64,000 bases of DNA from Vicugna vicugna (Eukaryota). The position numbers and the translations under genes are program-made. Shown piece by piece: positions 60,150 to 64,000 of this stretch. The DNA lies in the NCBI GenBank assembly GCA_013265495.1, contig MU060796.1:997104-1061103 (forward strand), written 5' to 3'. The notes beneath the pieces are model-generated. The model did no database searches, had not been told where the DNA came from, and saw nothing but the letters and a program-made list of their open reading frames with translations. The stretch's first letter is position 1, and every line of letters starts with the position of its first letter.

Positions 60150-60312
60150 ACAGACACACTCGCCTGATTGATAAAGTCCCTGTCTGGTCATTTACGATCT
60201 GGCTGCTGAAGAGGCAGCTCCTGCCAGCTCGAAAAGCAATTAATCTGCAAACAAGCTGGGCGACAGCAGGCCTGGGCATTGCAGTCTCGGGCCGCGGCCG
60301 CTCCGGAGAGCA
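60150..60312. promoter_or_regulatory. Candidate enhancer flank with PBX-HOX-type sites
   Basis: TGATTGAT (60165-60172), TCATTTACGA (60188-60197), GCAATTA (60236-60242), CpG-rich end abutting an N-run. Function is inferred. Confidence 0.45.
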
Positions 60313-60508
60313 NNNNNNNNNNNNNNNNNNNNNNNNNNNNNNNNNNNNNNNNNNNNNNNNNNNNNNNNNNNNNNNNNNNNNNNNNNNNNNNNNNNNNNNN
60401 NNNNNNNNNNNNNNNNNNNNNNNNNNNNNNNNNNNNNNNNNNNNNNNNNNNNNNNNNNNNNNNNNNNNNNNNNNNNNNNNNNNNNNNNNNNNNNNNNNNN
60501 NNNNNNNN
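60313..60508. other. N-run, 196 nt
   Basis: Direct count; 52-nt island before the next run. Confidence 0.99.
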
Positions 60509-60560
60509 ACTGTGGTCCAGGCCGAGACGCTAATGGTTATTTAATGCCCTCATCAGTGTT

Positions 60561-60828
60561 NNNNNNNNNNNNNNNNNNNNNNNNNNNNNNNNNNNNNNNN
60601 NNNNNNNNNNNNNNNNNNNNNNNNNNNNNNNNNNNNNNNNNNNNNNNNNNNNNNNNNNNNNNNNNNNNNNNNNNNNNNNNNNNNNNNNNNNNNNNNNNNN
60701 NNNNNNNNNNNNNNNNNNNNNNNNNNNNNNNNNNNNNNNNNNNNNNNNNNNNNNNNNNNNNNNNNNNNNNNNNNNNNNNNNNNNNNNNNNNNNNNNNNNN
60801 NNNNNNNNNNNNNNNNNNNNNNNNNNNN
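60561..60828. other. N-run, 268 nt
   Basis: Direct count. Confidence 0.99.
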
Positions 60829-61361
60829 TATCATCCACATACCTGCACCCAGAGAAAATAATAAACTCAAGTTTAATGCAGCAATTATCAGCATTTATGG
60901 AACTCTTAAAGCAGTGGCGGCCCTTGGAAGCAGGCGTGGCGGGAGATGCCTGGGGATGGGCAAAGATGCTCCTTCTGGGATGTCTGGGCTTCTCCCAGGG
61001 ACCAGTGTTGGCTACGCTGGTCACGTCTCACCATGGTACCCGGCTCTCAGCTGAGCCAAGTGGAGGGGTGACTTGGGGCTGCTGGCAAAGAGATGTTCCC
61101 AGAGGTGGCTCCCGTCCCACTAATGCCCCCATCTCAGGACATGTGTCTGTGATTTTCCCTACTCTGATTTGGAAGAAATCTACCGTGTGTCAGACCACCT
61201 GCTGGGCCAAGCCACATGTGGCAATAAGAAAGAAAATGTTTGCAGGGACTGGATACCTGGGGACAAATGGCAACAGTGACAAGAACAGCCACTGACCACC
61301 TTGCTCCGTGTCAGGCACAGAGCTAAATACTTTACATATTATCTTAATTCTTCTAATGTCT

Positions 61362-62095
61362 GTGCCAGAGACTGGCTCACTGTTCACCAGACCCACTTCC
61401 TTTTCCTCTTGGGCACCCAGATAAACTACATTTCCCAGACTCCCTTGCAGTTAAGTGTAGGCACGTGCATTAGTTCAGACTGGCTGAGATGTACACATTG
61501 TGATAGGATTAGACATGCAAGGGTTTTATTGGGGGAGGAGGAAGAAGGAACAGGGAGAGATTTCAGGTCACATGAGGGTCTGACTCTTGTGGGAATAAAG
61601 TTAGGAGAAAAGAGAGACAATACTAGTTATGTGTAGAATTACCTTACTGTGTCTTGGGAGCTTTGGGCTTCTCAAGGTCTATATGGGGCACTTCTTGGCC
61701 GCCCACTTTATTCCAACCCTAGCCATGGAGGCTGGTTCCATTTGGGTTTCCGCCAGCTCCCTGCAGTTACAGGCAGACAGCCCCAACCTTGACTCCCCCA
61801 TATTCCTCTTGCCTCCTATCCTGGGACTCCTCTGACATTGTGGGGCTTCCAGGCACCAGGAACCCAGTATTCGCCAGGCTTGTGCACCCTAAAAATGCTG
61901 GGGACCACTCTTGACCAACAGGTGTGGAAATTGATGGGAAAAAGCTTCCCCTTTCATTTTCCAGGGGGATAGTATTGAGACGCATTCCATAACGCATTCC
62001 AGTGCTGGCTCCCCCCAAAACCTGTACACCCTCTCCCCACCACCCCGCTCCTTATTCTACCCCTGCTCAGTTCTGAGTTCCCAAATAGACTAGTA
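61362..62095. mobile_element. Old LTR remnants (MLT1J-like start followed by ERVL-type LTR sequence)
   Basis: tgtgccagagactggc...aaactacatttcccagactcccttgcagtta; then atgcaagggttttattggggga ... gttcccaaataga; subfamilies uncertain. Confidence 0.5.
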
Positions 62096-63027
62096 GCACA
62101 CCAGCCTTTGCCTTAGAATCTTCTCTTAGGGGAATCCAGGCAAAGACAAGGTTTTAATCAGAAATAATCAGGTCCCAAAAGGCTAGAGATTTGAACTGGG
62201 TTTTTAAGTAGAAAATAGAAATAGCTTGGCAGAGAGAAATGGGACAAGGAACCCCAGAAAGACAGGGAGAAAAATTAAGCCAAAAGAGAGAGAGAGAGAG
62301 ACAAAGAAAACCCTCAATTTGCCAGTTAGCCCACTGCCTTGCTCTCAGAAAGTTCCAAATTGCCTTTACTTTCTCAGAATTTCAATCAAAGCTATTCCAG
62401 AGGAAGCAATTTCTGCCAGCGCATGGTCTTCCCCACTGCCCAACCCAGGAGAAGCTCTCAAAACTTTAGCTAGAAGAACCCCAGCAGACATTAGCAATTT
62501 AACTGGGGGAAAGAGAAAAAATCCAATCCACAGGTCATCACAATGTGTTCCATCCGACACAAATGGTTCACTCACCATTGGGACCCTAATGAGAATGTGG
62601 CCCAGACGTGGCTGGGACTTTGAGACAAAGGAAGAGATGGTCAGGTCTCTACAGCAACCCATACTCACACAAACCAATGGAGCGGCAACAAAAACACATA
62701 AGATTTCTCCAACGACACACAGACAACAATAAAATAAGACTTTTCCCTCCGATTTCAAAATTAATGAATTTTAAGGATCTCCTGGCTGCCTGAGCCACTC
62801 GCTCTGTCTGACCTTCTCACACTGCTGGCCTTTCTCTCCAGGATGGAGTGAGGACAGGTCTTGGCTATGTGTGCCCACTGCCATTGGTCACCACCAGTGT
62901 CACCATGCCACAAATTCAGGGCATAAGAGAGATGACTGGGGCAACCACAGCCCCCAGATTAGCAACAAATGGACCCAAGGGAAACTGGGTCCTGTCATCT
63001 CTTTCCTGGGACAAAAGGGGAGCAACA

Positions 63028-63550
63028 TTTGGTTTTTGGTTTTTTACGGTAAAATACACAGAACAAAAAAATTGACTCTTATAATCATTTTTAAGTGTAC
63101 AGTTCAGTGGCATTAAGTCCATTCACATTGCTGGGCTACCATCACCTCCATCCATCTCCAAAACTCTTTCCATCTTGGACAAATGAAAGTCTGCAGCCAT
63201 TAAACACTAACTCCTGATTTCTCCTCCCCACAGCCCCTGGTACCCACCACTTTACTCTCTCATCTGTACGATTTTGACTACCCCAAGTTCCTCCTCTAAG
63301 TGGAATCATACAGCAGTTGCCTTTTTATGACGGGCTTCTTCCACTTAGGGTAACGTCTTGAAGGCTCATCCATGTGCTACTGTATGTCAGAACCTCCTTC
63401 CTTTTTAAGGCTGAATAACATTCCATTGTGTGGGTAGACATTTTGTTTATCCATTCACCCATCAATGGACGTGTGAGTTGTTTCCACCGCTGCTCTAGGC
63501 CCAGATGCACAAATATCTCTTCGAGATTCTACTTTCAATTCTTCGGGGCA
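63028..63550 (-). mobile_element. L1MB-like 3' region
   Basis: tttttaagtgtacagttcagtggcattaag ... aagtggaatcatacag ... ttgtttatccattcacccatcaatggac. Confidence 0.9.
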
Positions 63551-63734
63551 AATGGGGAGGGAACATTTTTGTCACTACAAGTGGCTCCGCCCTAAGCCTG
63601 AAGGGAGGAGGCAGGAGAGTTGTTGAGAACACAGAGTTTGCTGTCGGGCAAAACTGGCTTCCAATCCTGGTTCTCCCCGTTACACTACAGACTGATAAAG
63701 AATTAACACTTGGTGGGCATTTACTGTATCAAAA

Positions 63735-63921
63735 CATTCTTCTCAGTTCTTCTGCATATGGTATTAGCTTCCTTAATCTTCACAGCAATTCTATGAGGTA
63801 GGTACCTTTTTACAGGGGAAGATGGGACATGGAAGTTAAGCAGTTTACCTGGATCTAAATAAGTCCTAGAGGCCAGATTTGAATTCAGGCAGTCTGGTTC
63901 CAGATCTCATATAATGATAAT
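63735..63921 (-). mobile_element. MIR SINE
   Basis: cttaatcttcacagcaattctatgaggtaggtac...gttaagcagttt...gatttgaattcaggcagtctgg. Confidence 0.75.
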
Positions 63922-63975
63922 GAGAAGAAGGAAGAGGAAGAGGAGGAGGGAGAGGAGGAGAAAGGGAGGAGGATG
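63922..63975. repeat. (GAG/GAA)-rich low-complexity tract
   Basis: gagaagaaggaagaggaagaggaggagggagaggaggagaaagggaggagg. Confidence 0.8.
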
Positions 63976-64000
63976 GTAATGATGGTGAAGATTCAAGGAA

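Noticed and set aside
2278-60828. N-runs as precisely masked coding exons
   Set aside because: None has both canonical splice borders on either strand, and the flanks lack consistent polypyrimidine/AG or GT signals.
17880-63550. L1 orientation switch (mostly + before 46 kb, all - after 51 kb) as a sign of a host transcription unit
   Set aside because: Only about 13 fragments, and LTR orientations are mixed; too few to infer an intron or its strand.
1-64000. CRISPR arrays, operons, phage or other prokaryotic systems; a full CpG-island promoter
   Set aside because: The sequence is mammalian repeat-rich DNA with no spaced direct-repeat array or gene-dense region. Visible CpG-rich patches are under about 200 bp, although N-runs could hide more.

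Overview
Non-coding DNA from a placental mammal, most likely a camelid (Camelus/Vicugna/Lama). Four tRNA-Ala-derived SINEs of the camelid vic-1 type and a lineage-type L1 3' end are present; I saw no Alu, Bov-A/BovB, PRE-1 or Can-SINE. I cannot support any protein-coding exon, true RNA gene, CRISPR array or prokaryotic system; the ORF track looks like chance ORFs. Much of the window is old interspersed repeat (MIR, L2, L1M, MLT1/ERVL LTRs, MER5, MER20, a Tigger-like element) plus a solo ERV1-type LTR. Repeat families were assigned from memory of consensus sequences and their boundaries are approximate. The most informative structure is 13 N-runs of 129-268 nt. They behave like masks rather than scaffold gaps (20-nt and 52-nt islands lie between runs), and 12 of them sit in repeat-free blocks rich in homeodomain, PBX-HOX, FOX and TCF-like motifs. 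This suggests a cluster of conserved non-coding elements (long-range enhancers) in a gene-free interval; the target gene cannot be read from this window. Other notable points: motif cassettes shared between distant candidate enhancers, a 69-bp inverted (twin-primed) L1 insertion, and one N-run inside a TSD-bounded L1 insertion that may hide a captured cellular RNA. I found no clear new biological system; the best leads are regulatory and retrotransposition-related.
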